A program made the position numbers and the translations under genes. A DNA stretch of 64,000 nt from Candidatus Bathyarchaeota archaeon (GTDB lineage Archaea > Thermoproteota > Bathyarchaeia > 40CM-2-53-6), in NCBI GenBank assembly GCA_963833125.1, contig CAWHWX010000001.1, positions 32,001-96,000 on the forward strand, read 5' to 3'. The notes beneath the pieces were generated by a model. That model was given only the letters and a program-made list of their open reading frames with translations, had not been told where the DNA came from and did not search any database. Shown here in pieces: positions 10,923 to 21,885 of the stretch; the stretch's first letter is position 1; every line of letters begins with the position of its first letter.

Positions 10923-11889
10923 TTATCCGGATGTGAGCTGTGAACTGAGAACTTTCTTGTCTCCGATATTGACGATCGCTCCCCTGAGCACTCCTTCAGG
11001 GTATTCGCTGCCAGGATTAACTACCAAAGTCTTTCCAATCCTGGTAGTTCCTCTAGATTCATGGATATGACCGCATAGGTCTACCAGAGGTTGATATTTT
11101 TCAACCTCGGACGAATTGCAGTGCTCCCAGCACCAATCATGACTGCCTGTCCCTTGTTGATAACGGGCTTCGGTGGATAAACGGATGCGTCCAGTTTCGG
11201 AACCGTATCTAATCCGCAGTCTATTGGAGGTACGTGAATGTTAAACACGCAATTTTCCCTATCCGATACCGAGGAAACCATCTTCTCGGTTGCTGTTTCA
11301 AGTTCTTCCTCAGTATGATCTCGCGGACATTTCCAGGGAGTGGGATTGCTCCACCCCAAGTTCACCATTTCGTGAAGCCCATCAATCTTGAGGACCCTGT
11401 TATCGGCGTTTTTCACATGAGGGGTGTCTCGGACGGCATCGACTATTTCTTGGTAATCATCATTTCCACCCGTCAAATAACACGTCACGCCCAGCTGAGA
11501 GAGGAATGGTTCAGCGGGTTGACCCACTTTGTTAACGTGTCCTTCATCTGGGTCATGAAGACCTTGTCAACTTTCTCCTTGGACGCGTTTAGCTCATCCA
11601 TCTCTGTCTTGCTACAAGGGTATGGGTAGTATCCGCTGTCAGTTATCTCCTGCGCCAAGGCTTTCGCCTCGTCTGGGCTATGTAGGGTTTTTTCGCCAAT
11701 ATAGTCCGCTTTGAACGTCCCGTCTCCATAATCAACGATCGGGACAAGCATCTTACCTGTCATGTCACCCCCCAGAACCAAGACGTCAACTTTGTAGAAT
11801 TTCGCGGCGCTCAATATCTTCTCGTAACATTTGCCAGAACCGTGGAGGTCTGTTGCAAAGAAAATCTTGGTGAACTTCTTGTCAGGCAT
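10923..11889 (-). CDS. Icc-like metallophosphoesterase; two frameshifts
   Basis: ATDLHG, GGDMTG, GGNDD, IHVPP, and CGHIHES...NPGSEY in a third frame ending at TAA 10923. Confidence 0.88.
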
Positions 11890-12074
11890 GTTTGCGCATC
11901 TTCGATGATCGCGTAGTGAACGGGGCGGTACTATAATTTATCTCCCCGAATTCCCGTCTGAGAAGAGCCTTTCGACTCTCTTCAGGCGCCTCGTGGCGAA
12001 GTTTGAATAAATCGAGGGCGAAATCATGAAGGTTCCTTAATTATGGAGACATTCGTGCTTTCGTATGAGAAACT

Positions 12075-13871
12075 ATGTTTGAAATCGACGGCAGGACACG
12101 CTTACATGATGTAACCCGCACGCTCGTAAACACTGCAATGGGTCGCACCAAAGCTGACTTGGTGATACGGAACGGCTCTCTTGTAAGTACAAACTCCGGC
12201 GAAATCATTGAGAATCAAGGAATAGCGATCAAGAACGACAGGATAGCGCTTGTTGGAAATGTGGAAAACACCATTGGACCTGATACTCAAGTAATTGACG
12301 CGCACAGAAAATGGGTTGCTCCAGGATTCATTGACGGTCACGTTCACGTAGAGAGCGCTATGGTCGCAGGGACTGAATTTGCGAGAGCCGTGATACCTCA
12401 CGGTACAACTACGGTTTTCATAGACCCTCACGAAATGGCAAACGTCCTTGGAATGGACGGTGTTCGATTCTTCATAAACGAAGCCCGAGGCCTTCCCCTT
12501 AAGATGCTCATCACATTTCCCTCCTGCGTTCCTGCCGCTCCCGGTTTCGAAACGAGCGGCGCTTCGTTTGGGCCGAAGGAGATTGAGGAGGCGATGAGTT
12601 GGAAGGAAGTCGTGGCCCTTGGCGAGATGATGAATTATCCCGGTGTTTTGGCAGCTGACCCAAACGTACACACGGAAATTGCAGCGACACTGAAGACCGG
12701 GCGGGTAGTGGAAGGTCACGCAGTCGATTTGCTAGACAGAGACCTGGGGGCTTATGCCGCAGCTGGAATAACCTCATGCCACGAATCAACAGAGGAAATT
12801 CAAGCAATCCAAAAACTCAGAAATGGCATGTACGCAATGCTAAGAGAGGCCTCCGGTGCGACAAACGTAGCCAATACAATCAAGGCCGTGACAAGAAAGA
12901 AACTTGATTCTCGCCACGCCTGTTTAGTTACAGACGACCGAGAACCAAGCGACCTGGTGAACGAAGGGCACGTAGATCACGTCATTCGCAGGGCCATTCA
13001 AGAGGGAGTTGACCCGATCGAAGCAATCCAGATGGCCACCCTCAACGTCGCAGAACATTTCGAATGTGCCAGAGAACTTGGGAACATAGCCCCAGCCCGT
13101 TTCGCGGATGTTGTCATTCTCGACAAACTCGAAACGGTCTCCGTAAACACAGTAATCACTGATGGAAAAGTCGTAAGTCACAATGGAAAGCTAACCACAC
13201 ACCTACCGACCCCGACCTACCCACAAGCAGTGATGCAGTCCATGCATCTGAAGCGCCCACCAAGCCTAGAGGATCTGGCTGTGAAGACCAAGACCAAGAA
13301 CGACTCGGTTAGGGTCAGGGCTATTGGAGTTTTGCCGACGAATATTCTCACACGCAACCTGGAGTTAGAAGTTCCTGTGAAAGATGGAAAGGCTTTGGCA
13401 AACCCAAGAGAGGATGTAGCGAAGATAGCTGTCTTTGAGCGACACAGAGGTTCAGGGAATGTGACAGTTGGATTCGTTAACGGGCTTGGGCTAAAGGAGG
13501 GAGCTGTCGCATCGACGGTAGGGCATGATTGCCACAACTTGGTCGTCGCTGGCATGGATGACGCCAGCATGATTGCGGCCGCAAATATCCTAGCTCAAAG
13601 CGGCGGAGGTATGGTCGCGGTTGAGGGTCAAAAATCGCTATCACATCTTCCGCTGCCCATAGCTGGGCTCATGTCGGACAAGTCCGTCGAAACGGTCTCA
13701 AAACAAATGAAGGAACTTAAGGACGCATGGGCAAAATTGGGCTCGAAGCTTCCGTCTCCTACGATCACACTCGCGTTCACTACACTCTCGGTTATTCCGG
13801 AACTAAGAATTACGGATAAGGGTGTCTTAGACACGGTCCACTTCAGATTCGTGAAGCCAATCATTGAATGA
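12075..13871 (+). CDS. ade: Adenine deaminase
   Basis: DGHVHVES, DPHE, LGEMMN, EGHA, CHES, VTDD, HDCHN, IPELRITDKG. Confidence 0.9.
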   Translation: MFEIDGRTRLHDVTRTLVNTAMGRTKADLVIRNGSLVSTNSGEIIENQGIAIKNDRIALVGNVENTIGPDTQVIDAHRKWVAPGFIDGHVHVESAMVAGTEFARAVIPHGTTTVFIDPHEMANVLGMDGVRFFINEARGLPLKMLITFPSCVPAAPGFETSGASFGPKEIEEAMSWKEVVALGEMMNYPGVLAADPNVHTEIAATLKTGRVVEGHAVDLLDRDLGAYAAAGITSCHESTEEIQAIQKLRNGMYAMLREASGATNVANTIKAVTRKKLDSRHACLVTDDREPSDLVNEGHVDHVIRRAIQEGVDPIEAIQMATLNVAEHFECARELGNIAPARFADVVILDKLETVSVNTVITDGKVVSHNGKLTTHLPTPTYPQAVMQSMHLKRPPSLEDLAVKTKTKNDSVRVRAIGVLPTNILTRNLELEVPVKDGKALANPREDVAKIAVFERHRGSGNVTVGFVNGLGLKEGAVASTVGHDCHNLVVAGMDDASMIAAANILAQSGGGMVAVEGQKSLSHLPLPIAGLMSDKSVETVSKQMKELKDAWAKLGSKLPSPTITLAFTTLSVIPELRITDKGVLDTVHFRFVKPIIE

Positions 13872-13930
13872 ACTGAATTCTAGGTGAAATGTGAACCTAT
13901 ATCAGTCATTCTCTCTCTGAGATTTGTGCG

Positions 13931-14991
13931 TTAGTACACAAATTCAGTTTTCAAGCGATCAGTGGACCTGCGGATGGTCTTGCCCTCGAATGCGTCAATC
14001 ATGGCGTGAACGTTGTCGGCTAAGGGGTAGAGGATTGGGCAGTGCATCCGGTGGAGTTGTACTCCTCAACCTTCTTGAGGCAATCTTCTGCGGTTCCGCA
14101 GGCTGTGATTAGTCGAACGAGTTCATCATCTACTAACTGCTTGGCCTTTTCTAAGCCACCCGGTTTGGCGGGCCAACCCCCCAACGCAGACTTCACCTCT
14201 TCAATCAAGGATTCTTTCACACCACTGGCTTTGGCGATGTGGGGTTGCTGGCCCAGATACTGGGCGACGAGCGGTCGCGCGTCATCAATAGCCTTGTCAG
14301 CGTCGTCGTCTAGCGAACAAACAATCAGCTGAGGTCTATCAATAGCCTCGAATCGTCGACCTCTCTTCGCCGCCCCTGCTTTCAGGTGGTCTAAGGCTTG
14401 GCGATTGTAATTCGGAGAGACTAGGTAGTTGAGTAGAAGACCGTCGGCGATCTCGCCAGTTAGTTCAATCATGTCCCAACCAGTCGCACCTATGAAAATT
14501 GGAATTTTACGTGGAGTAGTAGGGTCGCCGTAGACAACGTCTAGTCGTATGTCCCGTACTTTTACGAATTCTCCCTCGAACGTGACGTTCTCCATTTGGA
14601 AGAGGCGTTGGAGAACGGTGACGTATTCTCGCATTGCTTTCAGCGGTTTCTTCCGTTCGATCCCAACCTTTGACGCTAGGGGATCCCACCAAGCACCGAT
14701 TCCAAGCAAGCTTCGACCGTCAGAGAGTTCATCGAGAGTTAGAAAAGACACGGCGGTCAGCGCCACGTTCCGTGTCCAATTATTTATCACCCCAGTTCCC
14801 AGTTTGATTTTATTGGTTACGGCGGCCATAGCCGCTAATGGTGTGAGGGCGTCTCGTGCGAGGCGGGATTCGGCATGCCAGATCGCTTCGAACCCTTTCT
14901 GTTCAGCATACTGAGCGAGCTTCATCTCTTCGCGAATAGTATGCTTGTCCTGAAGGTACAGGGCGACTCTTTGTGCTTTATCCACTAGCAT
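13931..14991 (-). CDS. LLM-class (Mer-like, flavin/F420) oxidoreductase; C-terminal frameshift
   Basis: [42 protein letters not shown]; corrected tail [10 protein letters not shown] ends at 13931. Confidence 0.88.
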
Positions 14992-15448
14992 TAACTCCTC
15001 CCAGCTAACTTACTCTGCGGCATTCTAGGAAACGGATACGAATACATGTTTTGGAACACTGAAACGTCAAGAAATGAGCCGTTTCAACGGCAATATCTGT
15101 TATCGGGACGTTAAGCGGTTTCGTCGTCCTCTAATTCTGAAGCCACTATCCCGAACGGCTTCTAGCTAGAAAGATGTAGATGTGGTAGTCTAGAGGTACA
15201 AAGAAACAGCGTTATTCGGGAGGAAAATTTACCAAACTAGGGAAAAAGAATCTGTTTACCCGGCTCCAATTAGAGAAGCCACCGAGGATCAAAGCTCCGT
15301 TTCGGCAGGGGCAGACCTCGTTAGGAGGCTGTTCGGTGGACGCTACGCTAAAGACCGAAAACAAGTAAGGGAATACGGAACCTAGCTCGATTACCGTTTT
15401 GGCTTCGATTCCACGAAGTGCTAAGGTCTCAGCTTTCGCTTGTTCGGT

Positions 15449-15934
15449 TCACTCAATTTGTGGCTGACGATTAGTGATCGTTCTGGCAAATTCGATTAGC
15501 CCGATCTTTGACTCCAACTGTGCATTGACGTAGAGCGTGGCGACTGCAGATTTTGATTGCTGTAGTTCTCTCAAACGGATTACCTGTAACTCATTGAGCA
15601 TGCAAGTAGTGAAGACATCGCTGCGCCCTTTTGGTCGAATGCCTTCATCGGGTTTATCATAACACTTTGCGAAGGCGAAAAACTGTTGCTGAAGTAAGAT
15701 TTGAACTGTAAATTCGTGAACTCGCCATGCTAGATTCGTAAAGTTAGTTACCGTAAACCAGCCATGTACCATGGGCAAGTAAGTGCCAAGTACAAAGGAC
15801 AACGGGTTGGTGCTTCTGGTGTCAATTAAGACTTCTTTGTCTAGGCGCATTTTGCTATAGTATCGATGCAGAATGACGCTTGGTAATCGTGAAATGATCT
15901 TGTCCGCAGTCGTGAAGGCTAGTTCAGAAATCAA
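15449..15934 (-). CDS. Hypothetical protein
   Basis: 161-aa ORF with protein-like composition; no motif recognised. Confidence 0.55.
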   Translation of the reverse strand: MISELAFTTADKIISRLPSVILHRYYSKMRLDKEVLIDTRSTNPLSFVLGTYLPMVHGWFTVTNFTNLAWRVHEFTVQILLQQQFFAFAKCYDKPDEGIRPKGRSDVFTTCMLNELQVIRLRELQQSKSAVATLYVNAQLESKIGLIEFARTITNRQPQIE

Positions 15935-16054
15935 GTCCGAAATCCCTGGACTCTACTCTTTGCCTGCTAGTTGGCTCATTTTCCATTCACTTCGGTTGCT
16001 TAAGCCCTATGGTATGGAGCATCATTCATCATTCTTAGCGGGTAGGAGTCTCCG

Positions 16055-16351
16055 TTAGCTTATGTATGCTCGATCTTTGTTTCGCTTGAACCATTCAGAT
16101 AAAGTTCTAGCCGCCTCTGGGGACCTCGCCAACACGTAGGTACTCACGGCACTTAGAATTGCCGCCTTTTCGTCATCAGACAGACTATTCCAGAGTGCGG
16201 CGAGTAACCGCATAACGCTTTGCGCTATGTCGATAGGAGCGTAGAAAGGAGCATACGGCAGTGCTTGACGGTTAGCTTGACATGTTCCGCAACCATCGCA
16301 AAACGTCGCATCTTCAGTAAGATTCCGTCTACAAGATTCGCAAATATGCAT
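16055..16351 (-). CDS. Zinc-ribbon small protein
   Basis: CESC-x10-CDGC at the N-terminus, helical C-terminus. Confidence 0.7.
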   Translation of the reverse strand: MHICESCRRNLTEDATFCDGCGTCQANRQALPYAPFYAPIDIAQSVMRLLAALWNSLSDDEKAAILSAVSTYVLARSPEAARTLSEWFKRNKDRAYIS

Positions 16352-16496
16352 GCGAGTCTCTCGCGCGAGAACAACTTAAGATTTCGCGTATCCCAGAATC
16401 TTGAAGTTTGAATGACATACCTCGATTCATAAGAGGAACTGCCCTGCAAATTTTGGCTCATCGTCTTGCGGTGGTTTCGGGGAAGCCTGATCGGGG

Positions 16497-17151
16497 CTAA
16501 CTTGTTGAGTTAAGGATCGATGTAGCGGTGTTAAATTCGTCTGTCGCTTGGTTAACGAAGGCGTTGCCTTCTGTGATCAGCGATGGATTATTTTGGATAA
16601 GCCCGTCTTCGTAAAGCGTAAACGCTGAGTAGCAGAGACTCAAAGCGTTGACGATATGGACATGGGCTTCGGCGAAGTGCTGATGGAGGGTGTAGTCTGA
16701 GGGCGCTTTCCATCAGAACTTTGAGGTTGTCCTTTTGCTGGCTCACGAATGAGATTAAGTCAGTTTGAGACATCTGCCCGTTACTGAACGCACGAAAGTT
16801 ATCTGCGCTCTGAGTCGTTATGTTGTGAAATTCGGAGAATATGGCTGACATTGCGGTTTTGTATTCTGTAACGTTAGCTTCCACCGTGACCATGACTGGC
16901 AGCGTGTACGTGGTCGTCTCCGTTGCAGTTGTCGCCCCGCTATGGGTTGAACCGGCAGCCCCTAGCATACCTCCTATGACGAGTACGATGATTAGCAGAC
17001 CGAGTGTCTTAGCCTGAGATTTTTTCTTGGGAGCAATTGGTTGCTCGACAGTTTTGACGGGTGACGTGGAAGGCGTTGTTGGTGTTCCGCACGATGGACA
17101 GAAGCTCACGTTAGCAGCGAACTGGCTTCCACATTTCGAGCAGAAAGGCAA
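16497..17151 (-). CDS. Zinc-ribbon, single-TM protein with extracellular helical domain; frameshift near 16680
   Basis: CSKC-x10-CPSC, TM helix, Thr-rich linker; the alternative frame FAEAHVHIVNAL... runs to TAG at 16497. Confidence 0.75.
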
Positions 17152-17276
17152 GTCTTTCCCAGGTATGCCTATGCTTCAGTTCGTCGTGCTTAAGATTTTA
17201 CATGCCTTAAGGAATAGATTGTCTTGCATAATGTAAAATATGAATGAGTGGGGTTTTGATCCGAGGTTCAGTCAAA

Positions 17277-18134
17277 ATGCCCTTTTGCCGGAATTGTGGC
17301 GAAGCAACTGCAGTTGGGACGAGATTCTGTCCGAAATGTGGAGCAGACATGTGGAATGCGAACCCATCGCAACCTGCATCTGAACACCGCATCAATCGTA
17401 TGCCTGAACTTATTCTCGGACTGATTGGTGGCGTCTTGGGGCTTCTATTCATACCTGTAATGGTCTTCCTCGGTGCTTTCGGGGAGGCGTTTACTGGAAG
17501 CCCGGGTACTCTTTATGCGCAAGCAGCAGTTGCTGCTCTGATTTCTATCATCGGACTTGTTGCGGCAGTCCTGGTTAAGAGCAAACCCAGAGAGTGGGGC
17601 ATCTGCTTGGTGATTTGTGGAATTATCGGCGTCATAGTTGCTTCAGGCTTCTACGTTGGAGGTCTCTTGCTGCTAGTTGCTGGAATTCTAGCTCTCGTAA
17701 GAAGGGATTCTAAAGAAAGTCAAGACGATCTCTCTTTCTTAACTGAGGAGCAACCTCGGAGAACGGGGTTGAGGGGTTCGTTTCCGCTTGATGAACTCAC
17801 GATTAACAAGGAGGTTTCTAACGTTTCGCCTGGAGTATTTGTTCTCGGGCGCAAGGAGGGCAAGACTTTCTACGTTCGCACCGTCGGTCGGGCTGATGTT
17901 GACGTGAGGACTCGACTCAAGGAACACATTGGCAGATATGACCGGTTTAAGTTCGAATATGCAAATTCACCTGAAGATGCTTTCAGAAAGGAATGTGACT
18001 TGTACCACGACTTCCGGGGACCGGAAGGCAAACTCGACAATGAGAATCATCCTGAGAGACCCCAGGGTGTGGCTTGGCTTTGTACCAAGTGTAACAAGTT
18101 TAGTCCACAAGGTGTTGAGCAAACGACGACCTGA
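17277..18134 (+). CDS. Zinc-ribbon + 4-TM + GIY-YIG-like domain fusion protein
   Basis: CRNC-x10-CPKC; four hydrophobic helices; PGVFVLG...VRTVGRAD...RLKEH...KECDLYH...LDN; terminal CTKC. Confidence 0.7.
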   Translation: MPFCRNCGEATAVGTRFCPKCGADMWNANPSQPASEHRINRMPELILGLIGGVLGLLFIPVMVFLGAFGEAFTGSPGTLYAQAAVAALISIIGLVAAVLVKSKPREWGICLVICGIIGVIVASGFYVGGLLLLVAGILALVRRDSKESQDDLSFLTEEQPRRTGLRGSFPLDELTINKEVSNVSPGVFVLGRKEGKTFYVRTVGRADVDVRTRLKEHIGRYDRFKFEYANSPEDAFRKECDLYHDFRGPEGKLDNENHPERPQGVAWLCTKCNKFSPQGVEQTTT

Positions 18135-18459
18135 TGGAACCGACAACTTGCGAGCATCCGCTCGGGTACGGAGTTAGTCGGGCTTGTATTTGCTCGCTTC
18201 GATAAACCATTCCTTCTCGGACAGGCTCAGTAGGTACGATAAGAGTGCTACCGCTCATATAGTCTGCTTGCGCCGTTTCTGCAAGCCAAGCTAGATGAAT
18301 TTACTCTCGTTTGTCAGGAGTATCCGCTTCGGTTCTAAATTTGTCTCCAACCCCTATAGTTCTCGTGAATTCATAGTTACACTTCATTATGGTCAAGTAG
18401 GCTTTTCGTAAGTCCTCTCTTGTTTCATAAGGGAAAAACGCAACATCGCGATCAGGAAA

Positions 18460-18768
18460 CTACTTGAACAGGACTGGATTGACAGTGCACTCGTCAATCA
18501 CGATATTTTCTCCTCTCATAATCAGTCGCCAATACCGTTGATGAGGTTCAGACTTATGCCAATGCTCAGTTTCAATCATGATGCCACCGCCAATTTCTGC
18601 AACTTTCACGCTGGCAATTATTTGAGTATCATTTCTACACGAGCCATTTCGCCATTGCTTATCTATCTTGAGGGCTAAATCTGCGGTTAATGGTACTTCG
18701 ACCATACCCATGGACTCGCTAGTATACATGATAAAACTAGCGCTTGTCAGGCTCGGCAGCGTTTGCAT
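18460..18768 (-). CDS. Hypothetical protein (frame continues past TAG to 18301)
   Basis: 102-aa ORF; no motif recognised. Confidence 0.45.
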   Translation of the reverse strand: MQTLPSLTSASFIMYTSESMGMVEVPLTADLALKIDKQWRNGSCRNDTQIIASVKVAEIGGGIMIETEHWHKSEPHQRYWRLIMRGENIVIDECTVNPVLFK

Positions 18769-18977
18769 TACCGTCAGCCATTTGTCGTTAGGCTAAGTCA
18801 TATAGCATTCGGGTTTTGTAGCGATGGTTTTCCGAACGCAAGCTCAAAATCAAAGCGCTGAGCGATAATCAGGACTCGAATTGTCTGATTCGAACATAAA
18901 ATCGACGCAGAATCAAATTAGTGATTTGATTGGTCAAATTTTGATCCAATTGAAAGCGCTTTATCGGTCAGACGGAT

Positions 18978-19459
18978 GTGATGATCAGGATTAAGGCACC
19001 GTGTGAGTGTTTAGCTACGGAAAAGACGAATTTTATCGAACTGGTTAAAAAGGAAGATCAAGTTGAGCAAAATGGTTTGAAAGAGCGAGTTGAACTGAGC
19101 GAAATGCTTAGCGTTTTACAAAGAGACAAACGTGATAGTGGGTGTAGGTGCCATAAAACGACCTTATCATTCTTATCGAGATAAAATTTTTAAAATTGCA
19201 GAGTCAAAAGCCATACCTACGCAATATGAAATTGAGTTAGGATGGATTTCTATTGAGCGTGAGTTTACGGGGCGGCATATCGCCACGAAGATTGTGGGTA
19301 AATTACTCGGAAAAGTCAAGGGTACGAAAATCTAATGCAACCACTCGCACCAATAATGAGCCGATGAAACGCATACTAAAATCTTCTAATTTCCATCAGT
19401 CTGGTAAGGAATACAAATCTGGAGATAAACAATTCGTCCTATTTGTAAGGGATAGTTGA
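18978..19459 (+). CDS. GNAT family acetyltransferase; frameshifted, AT-rich
   Basis: IVGVGAIK, ELGWISIEREFTGRHIATKIV (motif A), ATTRTNNEPMKRIL...F (motif B) across three frames. Confidence 0.75.
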
Positions 19460-19565
19460 AAATTTTCGCTGAATTTGCAAGATCACTTTCCTGCAATCTA
19501 GCTGTTTGGTTCCCGGCAACATCAATATCTCCGCACACGACATAGTTCATCTAGAGAATTGTGAT

Positions 19566-20520
19566 TTGTCAGAATCCACCACGAATACGCCTATACCCGT
19601 GATTCTAGACCAGAAGATTGGATCTATCTTGCCCGAGGACGAAGCGGGGAAGATTCAGTAGAAGACTCAGCGAGTACCTCCGTAGTGCTGCCAGTGACAA
19701 TAAGGTGATAGTTCCGCTTTCTATTACTCACTTTGGAGAAACAGTGAAGCGACTCGATGAGCCGAGTAGGCGTCGTTTGGCTGGGTTCATGTTCGAACTC
19801 TCCAAAGGGAACGTAATAGTCCTGCACCGACGGCAATCAACTTCGAGATTGACAACGCATGCAGGAGACTTTGTGGCAGCTCTGCGACGGATTTGCGAAG
19901 TATAATCTTTGGAACAGGGATTTCTCATATGTTGGGAGCAAGGGCGTTATCGAAAGCAACAGTACTTTGGAACCAGAGTTAGAAAGTAACCTCCTTCAGA
20001 AAATAGAAAGTCCGGAAACGATTCTCGAATTGATGAGCATCGGTCTCAACCCTGAAAAAATAAAGACATTAAACGAGCGTGCAACACGTCTGCCGAGAGA
20101 TTGGAACGCATCAGAAAAGAAACCGCTTCCGTCAAAGACATGAAAGATCGTTACTTAAGGCAAGTCGTCGAATACTTCCATAGTACGATAGACCCCCCTT
20201 TACTCAAATGCCTCTTGGCGCATGAAGTTTCGCCTACAGTAATGGACTCAACATTCGGTAGTAAAGAGAAGATATTCGATTTATTCAAATCAATTCCCAC
20301 AGCTTATTGTTTCTTCGAACTTGATTTCTACAGAGATTCTCAGCAACAAAGGAGAATTCAACCAAATGACCTACATGACATTGTGGGTCTTGCTATAGCA
20401 GTTCCGTATGCGAAAGTGGTTGTGACTGAACGATTCTCTGGCAGAATGGAATCAAAAGCAGAAAGCTTGATTCAATCAATAATGCTATCGTACTCAGTTC
20501 TCGTGATTTGCCAAATCTGA
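19566..20520 (+). CDS. PIN-like domain hypothetical protein; frameshifted
   Basis: N-terminal LDQK..W, VIVPLSITHFGET, C-terminal NDLHD...AVPY..VVVTER acidic pattern. Confidence 0.55.
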
Positions 20521-20669
20521 GTAACGTTATTGAGAAGATGCTCTGAACTATCTAGTCTGCTTGAAGAATGCGATTCCTCTAGATGACCAGCCAAAGTGAG
20601 GTTGTGAGGTTCGCTCCCTACTACTGGGAATTCATCTGATACCTCTAAGAGAATGCACTCAAACAGCGA

Positions 20670-21653
20670 TCAATAACTCAAGCTAACTTTCGCTGAACCA
20701 GGCTCAGTTTCAGAACTCCATATCAACGCAGACCCGTGTGCCTGAAAACTTTCCAGAAGTTTCGCAATTATCTCTTGTGAGAAGCTCAGGTCGAAATGGA
20801 ACTTCATTGACGGCATGTTCATGTTTTCGAGAATTTTCTTTATGATTGGTTCTAATTGCTCTTTTCCAGGTGCCTGTCCAAACGGCGAACCCGGAAGAAG
20901 TAGCAGTTTGGGTGTGAATTTCCCATCCCCTAGCTCTCCTGGGAAGTAATCTTCCCCACAATTGACTGCGTAGAACAGGTGGTTTCCCGTTATGTAGGAA
21001 ATGACGCTACGCAAAGGCGTTATTATTGACTCGTAAATCTCAATTTGCGGCGACGGGACGAAGCATAGAATATTGAACCATCCGACCTGAGGCGGTACAA
21101 GGCTCTCTCTTGTTTCGATTGTGGTGCAAGACGGCGCTCTCGATCGTCTGTCAAGAGCAGTCAACAGCGATGCAGTTATTTGTTGTTGCGGGTTCTTCAG
21201 CTTCATTCCCGGTATCAGAGATAAACCATGTTTGAATTTGTTGTAGGGTATTGAGTTGCATTCGTAGAAGGTTATCACGACATTAAGAAGCCGTTCAAAT
21301 ACCATCTCGGTTTCTTCGAATGCTTTTATGATGATGTCCTTTTCTGATTGAGTCATCGATAGTTTGTTCAGGTCGGGAAGACCGGCAAGTCTTTGCAAGT
21401 CTATTTGCTGCGCTCTAAATTTCCCTATAAAGGCTAAGTTGGCGGAATCCCTGTAGCTTGCCATTGTTTCCGCAATTTTCGGATACCCCTTGGCAGGATC
21501 TGATATCGCATCCGACAGCGCAAGCAAGCCCTCGATCAGCATCATTATTTTTGCCAGCGCATCCATGTAGAGGAATTGCTTGGTTTCCGATAGAAAGTCC
21601 TCAGTTAGTCCGGTCTGAAATTCTCCTCTTTCGATCTTTCCATGTAACGCCAT
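20670..21653 (-). CDS. Hypothetical protein with HEPN-like motif; N-terminus may extend via frameshift
   Basis: Helical protein with YNKFKHG, resembling variant HEPN catalytic motifs. Confidence 0.5.
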   Translation of the reverse strand: MALHGKIERGEFQTGLTEDFLSETKQFLYMDALAKIMMLIEGLLALSDAISDPAKGYPKIAETMASYRDSANLAFIGKFRAQQIDLQRLAGLPDLNKLSMTQSEKDIIIKAFEETEMVFERLLNVVITFYECNSIPYNKFKHGLSLIPGMKLKNPQQQITASLLTALDRRSRAPSCTTIETRESLVPPQVGWFNILCFVPSPQIEIYESIITPLRSVISYITGNHLFYAVNCGEDYFPGELGDGKFTPKLLLLPGSPFGQAPGKEQLEPIIKKILENMNMPSMKFHFDLSFSQEIIAKLLESFQAHGSALIWSSETEPGSAKVSLSY

Positions 21654-21885
21654 TTCGAGCCTGATGACGTTTATCAGAGCGATGGAATGCGGTTGAACAA
21701 TGTTAATTCTATCAGAGCCGATTCTGTAAAGTTATTCGCAATGAAATCGAACTGCAGCCGCTTCTTTTCTTCAAGGTGCAAGGTAACCGATCGACCTTGA
21801 CAAACTAAAGTAAGCGTGAATATTGTGTTTTGCCGTATCTAGTTGAGCCTCAAAGAAAGACGAAAAACCGTAAGTTCCCGAGTGT

